DNA from: Octopus bimaculoides
Taxonomy: Eukaryota
NCBI RefSeq assembly: GCF_001194135.2
Contig: NC_068987.1
Span: 31,902,867 to 31,966,866, forward strand
DNA: 64,000 nucleotides
Reading direction: 5' to 3'
The position numbers were made by a program, and so were the translations under genes. The notes beneath the pieces were generated by a model. It saw only the letters and a list, made by a program, of their open reading frames with translations, was not told the origin of the DNA and did not search any database. Shown one piece after another: positions 39,818 to 52,519 of this stretch (position 1 is the first letter of the stretch; each line of letters begins with the position of its first letter).

Positions 39818-41419
39818 GTATTCACTACTTAGTAGCTATGTCATTAATTTTGAAATTACTTCTAATCGGAAACTAAAATAGAATTTATTCTTTTGTAAAA
39901 CTATGTATCTAAAATAAAGTCCTACGCATTCGTNNNNNNNNNNNNNNNNNNNNNNNNNNNNNNNNNNNNNNNNNNNNNNNNNNNNNNNNNNNNNNNNNNN
40001 NNNNNNNNNNNNNNNNNNNNNNNNNNNNNNNNNNNNNNNNNNNNNNNNNNNNNNNNNNNNNNNNNNNNNNNNNNNNNNNNNNNNNNNNNNNNNNNNNNNN
40101 NNNNNNNNNNNNNNNNNNNNNNNNNNNNNNNNNNNNNNNNNNNNNNNNNNNNNNNNNNNNNNNNNNNNNNNNNNNNNNNNNNNNNNNNNNNNNNNNNNNN
40201 NNNNNNNNNNNNNNNNNNNNNNNNNNNNNNNNNNNNNNNNNNNNNNNNNNNNNNNNNNNNNNNNNATGTTTCTATTCTTTTACGTCGACTGAATGATAGA
40301 AAATAGTGATTCTACAGTTAATGACTAGAAAATTAAATTATAATTGCAGTAATAAATGCAAAATTAGGCCAATTTTCATAAACATATCTGCACTTCCCCC
40401 GCATTTTAAATCCTTTATCATGTTATATACTCACCGAAGCTATTGTGCTTGCTTTTCTTTTTTCCTTTCTTTCTGTTTCTTTTTTTTTAAATGATAATCA
40501 GTAAACATTTTTACACCGTTTGATTGTTTATATTGTTTGTGGCCCACTTCTGCTTGTAGTATCCAGTGATAGTTCATATCAAAATGAATAATTTTCCTCG
40601 GGATTAATAGTTCAGCGAATATAGGTTTTATTATATGGAAGATGTGCTTGCAAAAAAAATTACAGATTAAAGCTAAGGCTACTTTCAATTCATCTAGATA
40701 TTGATAAACAAATCTCTCAACGTTCCTTATTTGATATGATCTAAACAAACTATCCTTTCATTTCCGTTTGGTAAATAAATGCGTCGCCTCTCCATTGACA
40801 GTCAAGTCATACGAGCGAAAACTGAGGATAAGGATATCATGGAAACAATTTGAAACTGCTGGAGCTTTGTAGATTAAATAATATATATTTACTTCTGATG
40901 TCTGTATATTTATGTGATATTTATGTCGGTCTACTTCCAGTCGAAATATGACTGAATTTGGCCGCTAACGTTGCGATGTTTTTATTGTCGAAGTTACTTA
41001 AATCTTATATGATCAATTCATCTTAATAACGAATAGGTACAATAGTTATGTTGTTGGAGTCGTTTAGCTCGAGGTTAGTTCTGACTGTGTAGACAGATTA
41101 CAGAAGTCTTTCCAGCCATGATCAACCCATTATTTGTAGGAAATTGTGTATCTAAACCTACGTCATTTAGTGTGTCTTAAAGAAAAGACAATGGTTATGT
41201 ATAACACAATAGTGTACATAGATGAGAAGCAACTCTCAATTATACTATTGTTTCGTTAGCTAACTGTCTTGCCTGCGTTCAATTCCTAGTAGGATATAAT
41301 TTATATAAAGATAAAAGAAAACCATGCTGATTTGCCAGGGGTAAAGCTGATGGAATAGGAGACTTCCGGAATCTCGCAAAGACCAAATAGACTATAGAAC
41401 TCAAATATAACACCAGCTA

Positions 41420-41600
41420 TTTGTATGAATGTATGTATGTATGTATGTATGTATGTATGGATGGATGGATGGATGGATGGATGGATGTATGCATGTATGC
41501 ATGTATGCATGTATGTATGTATGTACGTACGTATGTATGTATGTATGTACGTACGTATGTATGTGTGTGTGTATGTATGTATGTATGTATGTACGTATGT
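41420..41600. repeat. (TATG)n/(GGAT)n compound tetranucleotide repeat
   Basis: Directly visible. Confidence 0.95.
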
Positions 41601-42557
41601 AATTATTCAGTTTCATTCCAAGATTTTTTGCCAACAGAGAAAGAGGTTTTTAACCTAGATCTAAGGCTTATACATTGGAATTTCATCAACATCAGTAGGG
41701 TATTTTTGCATGCATGTGTGCATATGTGCAGTATTTAGGACCCGTGCATGTATAGATTTGTATGTTTTGTTTTATGTATGTATTCACATATATGTGCATA
41801 CATACTCAACTGTTAAACTTCTGGAAAGTTTTACAAATTTTTATAGTTCCAGTGATGGCTTGAATATGTAGTCATCGAATTAGCTTTCTCCTTTCTGGTT
41901 TGAGAAGCCTAATTTGTCACGATTGGTGCTTAGGCTGTGCGTTACATAATCCAGTGCCCCAATAATTACAGCTATAAAGCTGAATTTGTAATCCGGGTAG
42001 AGAAACTGAGTTTCTCAAAAGTTCAGCCTAAGTATTTCGTTTTTCACTGATCTTTAGCTTATATTGACGCCTGCCGCGCAATTGATTTCCACTACGGTAC
42101 ACAGATTCTCTTCTCTGTCCCAAATCACAGTGTCCGATCTAATAGTCTACATTTTATTGAAGTTTTCACTGGGACATTCCACCGATGTTCTTTCATATTA
42201 TGAGTGGCTATGGCCTCTGTCATACTGTGGGTTCTTATCTCTTTGGTCACAGGATTGTCCTTCCGACGGACCACATACCGTATCTTGGTTAAAACATCGT
42301 GTCTCATCGGTAGATGAGACGTATGTATGTATGTATGTATGTATGTATGTATGTATGTATGCATGTATGTTTGTATGTATGTATGTATGTATGTGTATAT
42401 GTACAGGTGCAAGTATAACAGGAATAACAAGAAAAAGAAAGTGAATATACAGAGTACTTATTAGATTGACATGATGAAAGGAAAGGAAGAAGTGTCTATA
42501 AGATTTCGATCATAAGGCTCTTCTTCGGGAACATTAGAACATCTATCTTTGTTTGTA

Positions 42558-42595
<38 letters not shown>

Positions 42596-43143
42596 CGTGC
42601 GTGCGTGCGCGATCGTATGTACATGTATATGTGTATATATATGTGCGTGTGCGCATATATATATATNNNNNNNNNNNNNNNNNNNNNNNNNNNNNNNNNN
42701 NNNNNNNNNNNNNNNNNNNNNNNNNNNNNNNNNNNNNNNNNNNNNNNNNNNNNNNNNNNNNNNNNNNNNNNNNNNNNNNNNNNNNNNNNNNNNNNNNNNN
42801 NNNNNNNNNNNNNNNNNNNNNNNNNNNNNNNNNNNNNNNNNNNNNNNNNNNNNNNNNNNNNNNNNNNNNNNNNNNNNNNNNNNNNNNNNNNNNNNNNNNN
42901 NNNNNNNNNNNNNNNNNNNNNNNNNNNNNNNNNNNNNNNNNNNNNNNNNNNNNNNNNNNNNNNNNNNNNNNNNNNNNNNNNNNNNNNNNNNNNNNNNNNN
43001 NNNNNNNNNNCCCTCTGTCTGTCCTTGTTTGTCCCCTCTATGTTTAGCCCCTTGTGGGCAATAAAGAATATATATATATATATTTGTGTGAGTGTATATG
43101 TGTATTCATATGTGTATACATGTGTGTGTATGTGTGTCTGTAC

Positions 43144-43200
<57 letters not shown>

Positions 43201-45635
43201 CATGTGTTATGTGTGTGTCACTTTTTATGCTACTGGTAACATGTTACGCAATACAACCTGTCGCATGGTCGAGCCGTCGGCGACTAACCCGCAACCCTAC
43301 CAAGCTTGCTTTGTAAGGAGGGTCATTTCCGTTGGACACACTACAGGACTAAAAACAAAACCTGTCAAAGGGTGGATGAACTCGATAGAATCAACGGCCA
43401 TCCAAGAGCTGGGAGTGAGACCCACCTAGTTTGAGTTTAAATATCTTTCCAAAAGGAAACTTCAGATGTAACACCTGTGACTTCGTTTGCAACCAATGCT
43501 TGTAGAAACCCTTCCTTTTGGTTAATTAAATATGTTATTTAGTGAATGAGATTGGTCCTGTGCAAGACCTTTCCTCAATTTAAAATGCAGTAGGCACAGG
43601 CATCGCTATTTTAAAAAATCTCATTATATATATATATAAATTATCTTCACATTTCATTGAAAATCATCAACAAATGCTGCTAGGTTTTCGTTTTCTTTCT
43701 CAAAAAGGAAAGTTTCAATTCATTGATAATTTTTTTTTCTTTTGCATACGTCATTCAGTACATCACCAACCTGATTTAACCAAAAAAATGTCATAGGTCT
43801 TACGTTATTTCCATTAGCTGACTTTTTGTAAACATCTAAATGTATGTATGTTTATATATGTGTATTCAAAAAATAATAGCGTTGATAATTACAGTAGATA
43901 GTTATTGTATACGCGCGCGCGCGCGTGGTGTGTGTGTGTGCGTGTGTGTGTGTGTGTGTGTGTACAGATCTACCTGGTCTTAGTGGTGGTCTATTTATTT
44001 AATTAAACGAAGTAATATGAAACATTAGCAAATGTTTGTACCCGAGGTTGTGTGTACAGATTTCATTTAAACTGCTGTACTTGAGCTTTAAATGTCGTCA
44101 CCGATATGAGTAATACTTTATATGTAGGCATAAATAGAAGTTCTTATTAAATGCCTCACGAAGTGGGGCAAATAATTTCGTTGTGGTGAACATTCTTTTT
44201 ATAGGAACTCGCAGAAACGACTTACTGTTTTAAATAACTCTTTAACTAAGCATATAGCTCATGTTAGATTAGATAAAGGAAGGGTTGCGTTCAAAGTTGA
44301 TTTTTTCCATGGAGAGAAACGGAAAATATGTTGGCTGAATAAAATACATCATGATCAAGCTAACATGTCAGTGACGAATGTGAACTTAGGACATCAAAAC
44401 AATGGTGGCAAAGGTGTCGTGTCAGGAGCTAGATTTGAGCTACAGAACCCAAAACAAGTTACCAAGTGGTCCTGTCACAGCTTATTATGACTTCTGTATT
44501 GGTTACAGGATTATTTGCAAGGCTTACTAGTCTGAGGAGGTGTGGTTAACAACCTGCGTAATTCGAAGGAAGTGTGCTATTGAACAGATCTTTGTTGACT
44601 GCCGTTTTACTTTCGTTTTTGTAATGTGACTACTTAATTAGCTGGTTGTTCATCAAGTGAAGTAAATTTATACTTATCCCTGCTGGTGAATCTAAAATGG
44701 CTGGCATAAGTTGTCCTGGTAGTTATTGCAAAACATGCCATCATCAGCTAATGATAAAAGCTACAATGAGAAGAGGGCCGTTAATGGAATTATGTGACGT
44801 CATAACGGAACGGGACAGAATATGCGGATGTTGGCGAGAAGCAGAAAATCAAAATGTTCTTGAAATGGCCCACTGTTTGAGTTGGTTCTTTTTCTTGTAT
44901 GATTTTTTTTTTTACCCCTGTCGCAGTAATAGNNNNNNNNNNNNNNNNNNNNNNNNNNNNNNNNNNNNNNNNNNNNNNNNNNNNNNNNNNNNNNNNNNNN
45001 NNNNNNNNNNNNNNNNNNNNNNNNNNNNNNNNNNNNNNNNNNNNNNNNNNNNNNNNNNNNNNNNNNNNNNNNNNNNNNNNNNNNNNNNNNNNNNNNNNNN
45101 NNNNNNNNNNNNNNNNNNNNNNNNNNNNNNNNNNNNNNNNNNNNNNNNNNNNNNNNNNNNNNNNNNNNNNNNNNNNNNNNNNNNNNNNNNNNNNNNNNNN
45201 NNNNNNNNNNNNNNNNNNNNNNNNNNNNNNNNNNNNNNNNNNNNNNNNNNNNNNNNNNNNNNNNNNNNNNNNNNNNNNNNNNNNNNNNNNNNNNNNNNNN
45301 NNNNNNNNNNNNNNNNNNNNNNNNNNNNNNNNNNNNNNNNNNNNNNNNNNNNNNNNNNNNNNNNNNNNNNNNNNNNNNNNNNNNNNNNNNNNNNNNNNNN
45401 NNNNNNNNNNNNNNNNNNNNNNNNNNNNNNNNNNNNNNNNNNNNNNNNNNNNNNNNNNNNNNNNNNNNNNNNNNNNNNNNNNNNNNNNNNNNNNNNNNNN
45501 NNNNNNNNNNNNNNNNNNNNNNNNNNNNNNNNNNNNNNNNNNNNNNNNNNNNNNNNNNNNNNNNNNNNNNNNNNNNNNNNNNNNNNNNNNNNNNNNNNNN
45601 NNNNNNNNNNNNNNNNNNNNNNNNNNNNNNNNNNN

Positions 45636-45689
<54 letters not shown>

Positions 45690-45959
45690 CATGAATGTAG
45701 GCATATATTTATACGTGTAAATATGTGTTGTGAGATGTACAGATGCGGAGATAGCGAGGGAGGTATTTGATTTCACCGTTTTTTATGTTTTGGTCATATT
45801 TTGGTAAGTGAAACTTTATACCTGGGATGGGAGAATGTAATTTCATCTGACCAAAAACCGCTCTACGCACACAGGAAAATAAATTCCTTAAACTCTCACA
45901 ATTTAAACACAACACAGATCAGATTACGTTTCTGTACATTGATATGTGCTTCAACAAGC

Positions 45960-46001
<42 letters not shown>

Positions 46002-46150
46002 CACATACAAATGTACACACATGAAAACGCACACACATTCACATACACACAGTCTCCCACACATATATACATATCAATACTCTCTTTCTATATCTAAAAC
46101 TTCTGTTATGTTTATGTGTGACAATACATAAAATAACATTTGTTAATTCA

Positions 46151-46181
<31 letters not shown>

Positions 46182-46678
46182 CGTACGTACGTACGTACGC
46201 ACGCATGCATGCATGCATGCATGTATGTATGTATGTATGTATGTATGTATGTATGCCTGTATGTATGTATGTATGCATGTATGTATGCATGTATGTATGT
46301 ATGTATGTATGTATGTATGTATGTATGTATGTGTGTATGTTTGTATCAGTTAATTAGTTGGTTGTCTCTTTGGTAAGAAGAATCGCTTTTCAGAATACAT
46401 ATTGCTAACGTTTTTTCTCATTAATGGAATAAAATATTTCTTTTTGTAATTAGTTAAATATTCTTTTTTTTTTCTGTTAATCATAGAATCCTTAGCATCC
46501 ATATATAGCCGCTATTTCGATCTCTTTAGATCTCTTCAGAACGAAGCTGTTAGAAGACTAGATTCTATCAAACTTTACATGACATTAAATTAAAGGAGAA
46601 GGAAGTAGAGGGAGGTGTATAATGAAATATTTCTTTCGGATAAAACATTATCTTTCAAAGTTCATTAGTAGTGCGAGA

Positions 46679-46764
<86 letters not shown>

Positions 46765-46918
46765 AACTTAATTTGAATTTTACCTATAGCAGCGCGGCGA
46801 ACTCATTGACGGAGTCGGTGAAAATTCTCTGATGAACTTACCTGATGGAATGCCCGAACGATTAATGAAGCAATCGATTAGTTATTTGGCTAAATGGTTA
46901 ACTAGTTGACTAATGATG

Positions 46919-46994
<76 letters not shown>

Positions 46995-47010
46995 TGATAA
47001 TAATAATAAT
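45960..47010. repeat. Cluster of (CA)n, (TACA)n/(TATG)n, (GTA)n and (AAT)n microsatellites
   Basis: Directly visible. Confidence 0.9.
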
Positions 47011-47199
47011 AAAAGAAATGAAATAGAATCAGTGCGGGTGTTTAACATTGATATACTGAACCTATCGAAATGCAACAAAATACACGTGAAAATGCTGTCT
47101 GAAAATGATGCTTTATATAAAGCCACATATATTGAATGTTTACTCGTATTTTGACAGTGTATTCAATAATACTTAATACTACCTAGATTACTATACAGA

Positions 47200-47241
47200 T
47201 TTTATTTGGGAAAGCATTTACATCTGCTTTCCCAAATAAAA
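47200..47241. repeat. Perfect 17-bp inverted repeat, 8-nt loop
   Basis: ttttatttgggaaagca / tgctttcccaaataaaa. Confidence 0.9.
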
Positions 47242-47258
47242 CTGCATTTTATATTTGA

Positions 47259-47331
47259 AGCTCCGATGAAGCTATAAACAAGCATTCAACTGTGAGTAGC
47301 TTTCATGTTATAGCGGAAACAGCTGTAAGCT
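47259..47331 (+). ncRNA. Minimal type I hammerhead ribozyme motif, variant core
   Basis: AGCU-CCGAUGA-A-GCUAUAA...UUAUAGC-G-GAA-ACAGCUGU-A-AGCU. Stem III is palindromic (ACAGCUGU). Stem II is 7 bp and extended by AAGC/GCUU and AUUCA/UGAGU. The core has a U4C change. Confidence 0.55.
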
Positions 47332-47467
47332 AATGAAGTTCATGACAAATTTTCTTGCTCCTCTGTCGTTTTAATTTCTTAATTCTGATCTGTGCTCGAC
47401 TTATACTTTTGTTTTGAAGCATATTTAGTTCTAACACAAAGTTATTAGTATTGCTATGACTAAGCGA

Positions 47468-47532
<65 letters not shown>

Positions 47533-47625
47533 GCTCTGAAGCAGTACTAGACAGTGGCTCTCATGGCTTCTGATGTTAATTGACTGGAAGTGTAATCATA
47601 TACATTCTTTTGTCTTGGTATAAGA

Positions 47626-47913
47626 TAAGTGCTTCCGAAAGTGGGCGGCACCGCCGGCTTGAAGGCGGTGAAAAGATGCGGGCGTTGAAGAAAAATGGGG
47701 CGATAATGGGGTGACCAAAACGGGGCAATGGAGGTAAAAAATCAAACAAAATAAAGGGTTAATTAGTTTAAGATTTATTTGTGAAATGCTGTTGTTTTGA
47801 ATTTGCTGCAGAAAATGGTCTATGTCTGCGATGGTGAGTGGAGGGGGGGGGGCACTACGAGTGAGGCCTTAGAAAAAAGGGGGCGACACCCTGAAAAAGT
47901 TTGGGAACCACGG
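47626..47913. mobile_element. hAT (Buster/Charlie-type) MITE
   Basis: Imperfect TIRs aagtgcttccgaaagt and aagtttgggaaccacgg (cf. CAGTGGTTCCCAAACTT). Flanks gtataaga / gtataaaa fit an nnnTAnnn 8-bp TSD. Confidence 0.5.
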
Positions 47914-47974
47914 GTATAAAAGATGGGCTGCAACAAATATTCTGCTCAATACCACAGATTTGTAGTAGTACCAC

Positions 47975-47976
47975 AA

Positions 47977-48016
<40 letters not shown>

Positions 48017-48030
48017 GCTACTACTACTAC

Positions 48031-48083
<53 letters not shown>

Positions 48084-48160
48084 GTACATATATGCATATG
48101 CTTGTGTACACACACGCACACACACGCACACACACACGCACACACACACACACACGATCA
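47975..48160. repeat. (TAC)n-(TAA)n-(CA)n compound microsatellite
   Basis: Directly visible. Confidence 0.95.
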
Positions 48161-48331
48161 TATTCAGCACATTTGTATACACTCGGACTTGAGGAGACCA
48201 TTTGGATCGTTGAGCAATAAACAACCGATTTTGGTATTCGTAGCTGGTCGAGCGTAACGACGCAGAAATACATGCATTTTACGGATCCATGATGTTGTTA
48301 TTCATAGTTGAATGATATGATTTTACACGTA

Positions 48332-48744
48332 CAGGTCGTCGGCGACTTACGACCTATCCGACATACGACCGATCGACTTTACGACGATTGGCGCACCAGC
48401 TACCGGCAGCAATAACAAATAGACCAGTTAAAATCTAACGCTTCCCCAAGGAAGCGTCGTTGAAATCTAACGCTTCCCTTCTGTGTTGGATGACTATCCC
48501 TTCGCGGAGACATCGAGGCAACCTCGTATTTGTTTATAAGACTACTGCTTCAGACACCAAAATTTTTGACTAACGCCAGTATAATAGCATAATAGAGAAT
48601 GCTGTGCATGAGTTTTACCTGAGAATGTACCTTAAGAATATAAAAATATAAAACAAAGCTATGTAGGCCTATAGGCCGACTTACGACCAAATCGACTTAC
48701 GACCAGCCAGTCGGAACCAATTGTGGTCGTAAGTCGATGACTTG
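48332..48744. mobile_element. pogo/Tigger-like MITE
   Basis: TA-caggtcgtcggcgacttacgacc at the left and ggtcgtaagtcgatgacttg at the right (inverted). Repeated subterminal cgacttacgacc motifs at both ends. Confidence 0.7.
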
Positions 48745-49739
48745 TGCTGTCTATGAATGGATTTTTCCCGAATATATTTCTGCAGCAAAAGTCTTCCTAC
48801 GTTCGTGTGTATACAAACGTATTAAATATGATTGTATATGCACATATTTTATTGAACGCAGGTTTGTGTACTTCTGGTTAACTCCATACACACACACACA
48901 CGCACACACATACACACACGTGCATACGGCAAATATAAATGCATATATGCATATTACTTTCTTCTCCATCCATTTATACATGTACATACATATAAACGTA
49001 CATGTATAAGCATATGTGTGTGTGAGTTTGTGTATGTGCGTATGTATGTATTATGTTTGTATGTACACGTATGTATATATACATATAACAACATATAAAT
49101 AATAAGGCCCACGCGTTTGCGGAGGGTACGATACGGGCGTTTATTTTGTTTGAAGTGCGGTTTGACTTAGCATGTCTCGTCCATAATTTCCAGACATTTC
49201 TATATATGTGTATGTATGCATGTATGTATGTATGAATGTATGTATGTATGTATGTATGAATGAATGTATGTATGTATGTATGTATGTATGTATGTATGTA
49301 TATATGTAGGTATGTATTTCTTTGTGCATGTCTGTGTCTATGTGTGTATTTATATAAGAATGTATAAATATGCGTTTGGTTACTACTATAGGAAGGCATC
49401 GCCACAACTGTACTTTAATAAATCATTTAGTGAACTATCGGTTACGAGATGATTCCGGCAGACTTCAGATCAATAATTACTTTTTTTTTATGTAAACACG
49501 AGTTTGATGTAAAGGAAGGAAGGAAAGAAAGAAAGATAGATGGAAAGAAAGAAGAAAGAAACTTAGAACAAAATATAGATAAAAATGCAATACCAAAGCT
49601 TAACAGAAGAAACAAGCTGAAAGTAAATAAAAAAAAAGGTAATGAAATTATCTCTATTTGTATATCTGTGTTTGTATTGGAATGGCATTGATCAAGAAAG
49701 AAAATATTGGAAATAGTTGTTTCATTGTGTGATATTACA

Positions 49740-49786
49740 TATCATCGTCGTTGTAATCACCGTCGTCATCATCATCATCACCGTCG

Positions 49787-49826
<40 letters not shown>

Positions 49827-49912
49827 ATCACCACTACCACCACCGTCGCATCATCGTCGTCGCATCATCATCATCATTATCATCATTATGAAACAACAAC
49901 AATATTTGTACT

Positions 49913-49953
<41 letters not shown>

Positions 49954-50084
49954 TAGTAGTAGTAGTAGTAGTAACAGTGGCAGCAGTAGTAGCAGCGGCT
50001 GTAACCACTATTATCTTCATCATAATCTTCATCATTGTCACTGCAATCAGCACCGCCACTATCACCACGATAGTAACAAGAGCT

Positions 50085-50171
<87 letters not shown>

Positions 50172-50240
50172 GCCCCTAGCATCAAAGCAATATCAAAACA
50201 ACAACCACAGCTATCATCATTATTATTATCATCACCCTCA
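49740..50240. repeat. Long compound trinucleotide tract (CAT)n/(CAG)n/(TAG)n
   Basis: Directly visible; gives homopolymer pseudo-ORFs in all frames. Confidence 0.95.
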
Positions 50241-50719
50241 CCTCTCCTGCCGCAATCTACAACTGAATCAGCGTCTCTTAGCTTATTCATCACAACTACC
50301 TTTGATGGCGCCACCCACGCAGTCTCTGATAGAACTAATTGTTTAAAAGGAGCTTCTACCAAGTCGCTCAACTTCTAAGATATAGCAACCAAATATCCCT
50401 CAAATCGTATCTTACTGTCTAAGACAGGAAAGAACAAAATAGATTATATGTGTATGTGTATATAGGTACGTATTTATGTATGTCTGTATGGGTATAAATA
50501 TATATATATGATAGATGTATATATACATGATAGAAATATATATACATGATAGAAGAACCCTTATACACGTTAAAGTTAATTTAAATCTGAAATTATACAT
50601 TCAAATTATTTATTAATTATTTTAATGTGAATATCTAATATTTAGTAGACTTGCCCTTTACATTTTTCAATGCAAGGATCTTATTAGGCATGCTACCGAT
50701 CTAATGACGAATATTCTCT

Positions 50720-51570
50720 TGAGAAATTTCTTGTCAAGTTTCATGCAGTAATCTCAATAGATCTGGCTGTGAGTATGCTTTGCTCTTTTTATAAATTATT
50801 CTGTTCGTTATGACCCAGAGGTGTCCAATAGAGGTCATATCTGGTGACTGGCTTGGCCATGGAAGCTTTTTAATGCCATTCTCTTCCAACCAGCCTTGGG
50901 TCTTTTTAGCCGTGTGACAAGGAGCCCCATCTTCCATAAATAAAGAGTCTTCTTTAATAATTTCACCACTGGAAAAGATTGGAAGGAGTCCTTTCTACAA
51001 TATGGATCTGAGTTTATGCTCTCTTCAAACTCCACCAGCTCTGATCGACCATCGCTCCAAATTGCTCCCCAGTCCATCACAGAATAGCTGCCGTATTTAA
51101 TTGTTGGCTGCAAGCTTTTCACTTCAAATTCTTGATCACAGGGTCTCCAGACCCACTCTCGACTACTGTCAGAAAATACAGCAAATTTGAACTCATCAGA
51201 GAATATGACAGTCCCAATGCCTCTCCACCATCTCACTGGCCCAATCTTTTCTTTGCTTGATATTGACTGGTCGAAGAAGTGGCTTCCTTCTTGCTGCTCT
51301 GCCATAGTAGCCAAGTTTGTGGAGATACCTGACAACGTTTCTGGGATTGACATCAACATATTCTGCTGTCAGAAGCCTTGAAACAAGGATTATCCTCCAC
51401 ACTTAACTTAACACAGCGAAAGGTCCTGTCAGAGGGCCCGAGTCGACCTGGGCGAGGTAATGTGGACTCCTTGCCCTCCCTGGTGAATTTCACAATCACT
51501 CCTTTAACTGTAGAAAGTGGGATCCCAATGTTTTCTGCGATTTTATTCTGACTATGTAACATGATTAAAC
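50720..51570 (-). pseudogene. Tc1 transposase pseudogene
   Basis: HTH-like N-terminus ([28 protein letters not shown]), VIFSDEFKF, SVMDWGAIWSDG, EDGAPCHTAK..WPSQSPDMTSIGHLW. The catalytic E is replaced by G and there are frameshifts. Confidence 0.85.
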
Positions 51571-51709
51571 AACTACATATAGAATCTGAAACATAAATAT
51601 GTCAATTAATACAAAATATAAAACTTTTCAAGTTAAAATAAGCATAAAACTATGTTTTATGGCGTGTCTACTTACTTCTGAAATACATTATTTACATTAG
51701 TTACATGCC

Positions 51710-52024
51710 CATGGGAATATGGTGTAGTGGTTAAGAGCACGGGCTACTAACCCCAAGATTCAGAGTTCGATTCCAGGCAGTGACCTGAATAATAATAATA
51801 ATAGTAATAATAATAATAACAATAATAATAATAATAGTTTCGAAAAATACCTTAGGAATGAGAAGCCAAGTTCGAAATTTCCCCAAGACACCTGATGAAG
51901 GCTGGAGGGTTTATCAGCCGAAATGTTGTGTTAACAACAAACAAGATGAGGACAAGTATCCGTCAATTGTAAATAATGTAAATAATGTACATAATTCCTC
52001 ATTTTTTTAAAATATGGAACTGTA
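51710..52024 (+). mobile_element. Composite SINE-like element: tRNA-derived head, (AAT)n, hammerhead-containing tail
   Basis: A box TGGTGTAGTGG at 51720-51730 and B box GTTCGATTCC at 51765-51774. (AAT)n at about 51788-51835. Hammerhead motif at 51887-51932. Confidence 0.65.
51887..51932 (+). ncRNA. Minimal type I hammerhead ribozyme motif (Penelope/retrozyme-like)
   Basis: GACAC-CUGAUGA-A-GGCUG(gagggtttat)CAGCC-GAAA-UGU-U-GUGUU. Stem I is GACAC/GUGUU, stem II is 5 bp, both conserved core boxes are intact, and stem III is minimal. Confidence 0.7.
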
Positions 52025-52045
52025 CTTCTGTCATGTCTGTGTATA

Positions 52046-52165
52046 TATTAATATTTAGCAGAAGCAACAGAGTGATTCAAGTTCCGAGAGTTTCGTGTGT
52101 TTTGCACCAACGGCACGAAACTCTCGGAACTTCAGTCACTCTGTTGCTTCTGCTAAATATTAATA
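52046..52165. repeat. Near-perfect palindrome: 52-bp arms, 2 mismatches, 16-nt loop
   Basis: Arm 52046-52097 is the reverse complement of 52114-52165. Confidence 0.95.
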
Positions 52166-52238
52166 AAAATATACATGTGCTCATATTCTGAGTTCTATGT
52201 TTTTTGTTTCCATCAACATACCTATATATATACATATT

Positions 52239-52300
<62 letters not shown>

Positions 52301-52519
52301 ATATTTATCGTTTAATCAGTTACGTTGCACCACGAGAATCTCCGTGTGGAAACAGCACCTTTTACTCTCAGAAATAAAGAGACGTTAAGCCCGATTCGAG
52401 CAACCACTTCTCATCAAAAGAAAATATAAAATAATCTAATATATTATTAAATCCGTCCGAGGATATAGCAATGTGCAGTACAACTAGAAACGGAGATGAA
52501 AATAGGATGAATTCTTTGT

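Noticed and set aside
40440-40748. 102-aa minus-strand ORF
   Set aside because: No motif or splice-site support in AT-rich intronic sequence.
49707-50378. 223-aa His/Ala/Ile/Thr-rich ORF and the poly-Met antisense ORF
   Set aside because: Translation of a compound trinucleotide microsatellite, with homopolymers in every frame and no splice context. The same applies to 9200-10067 and 47855-48273.
51715-51788. Possible tRNA gene
   Set aside because: A and B boxes are present but the acceptor stem does not close and there is no T-run terminator; treated as a SINE head.
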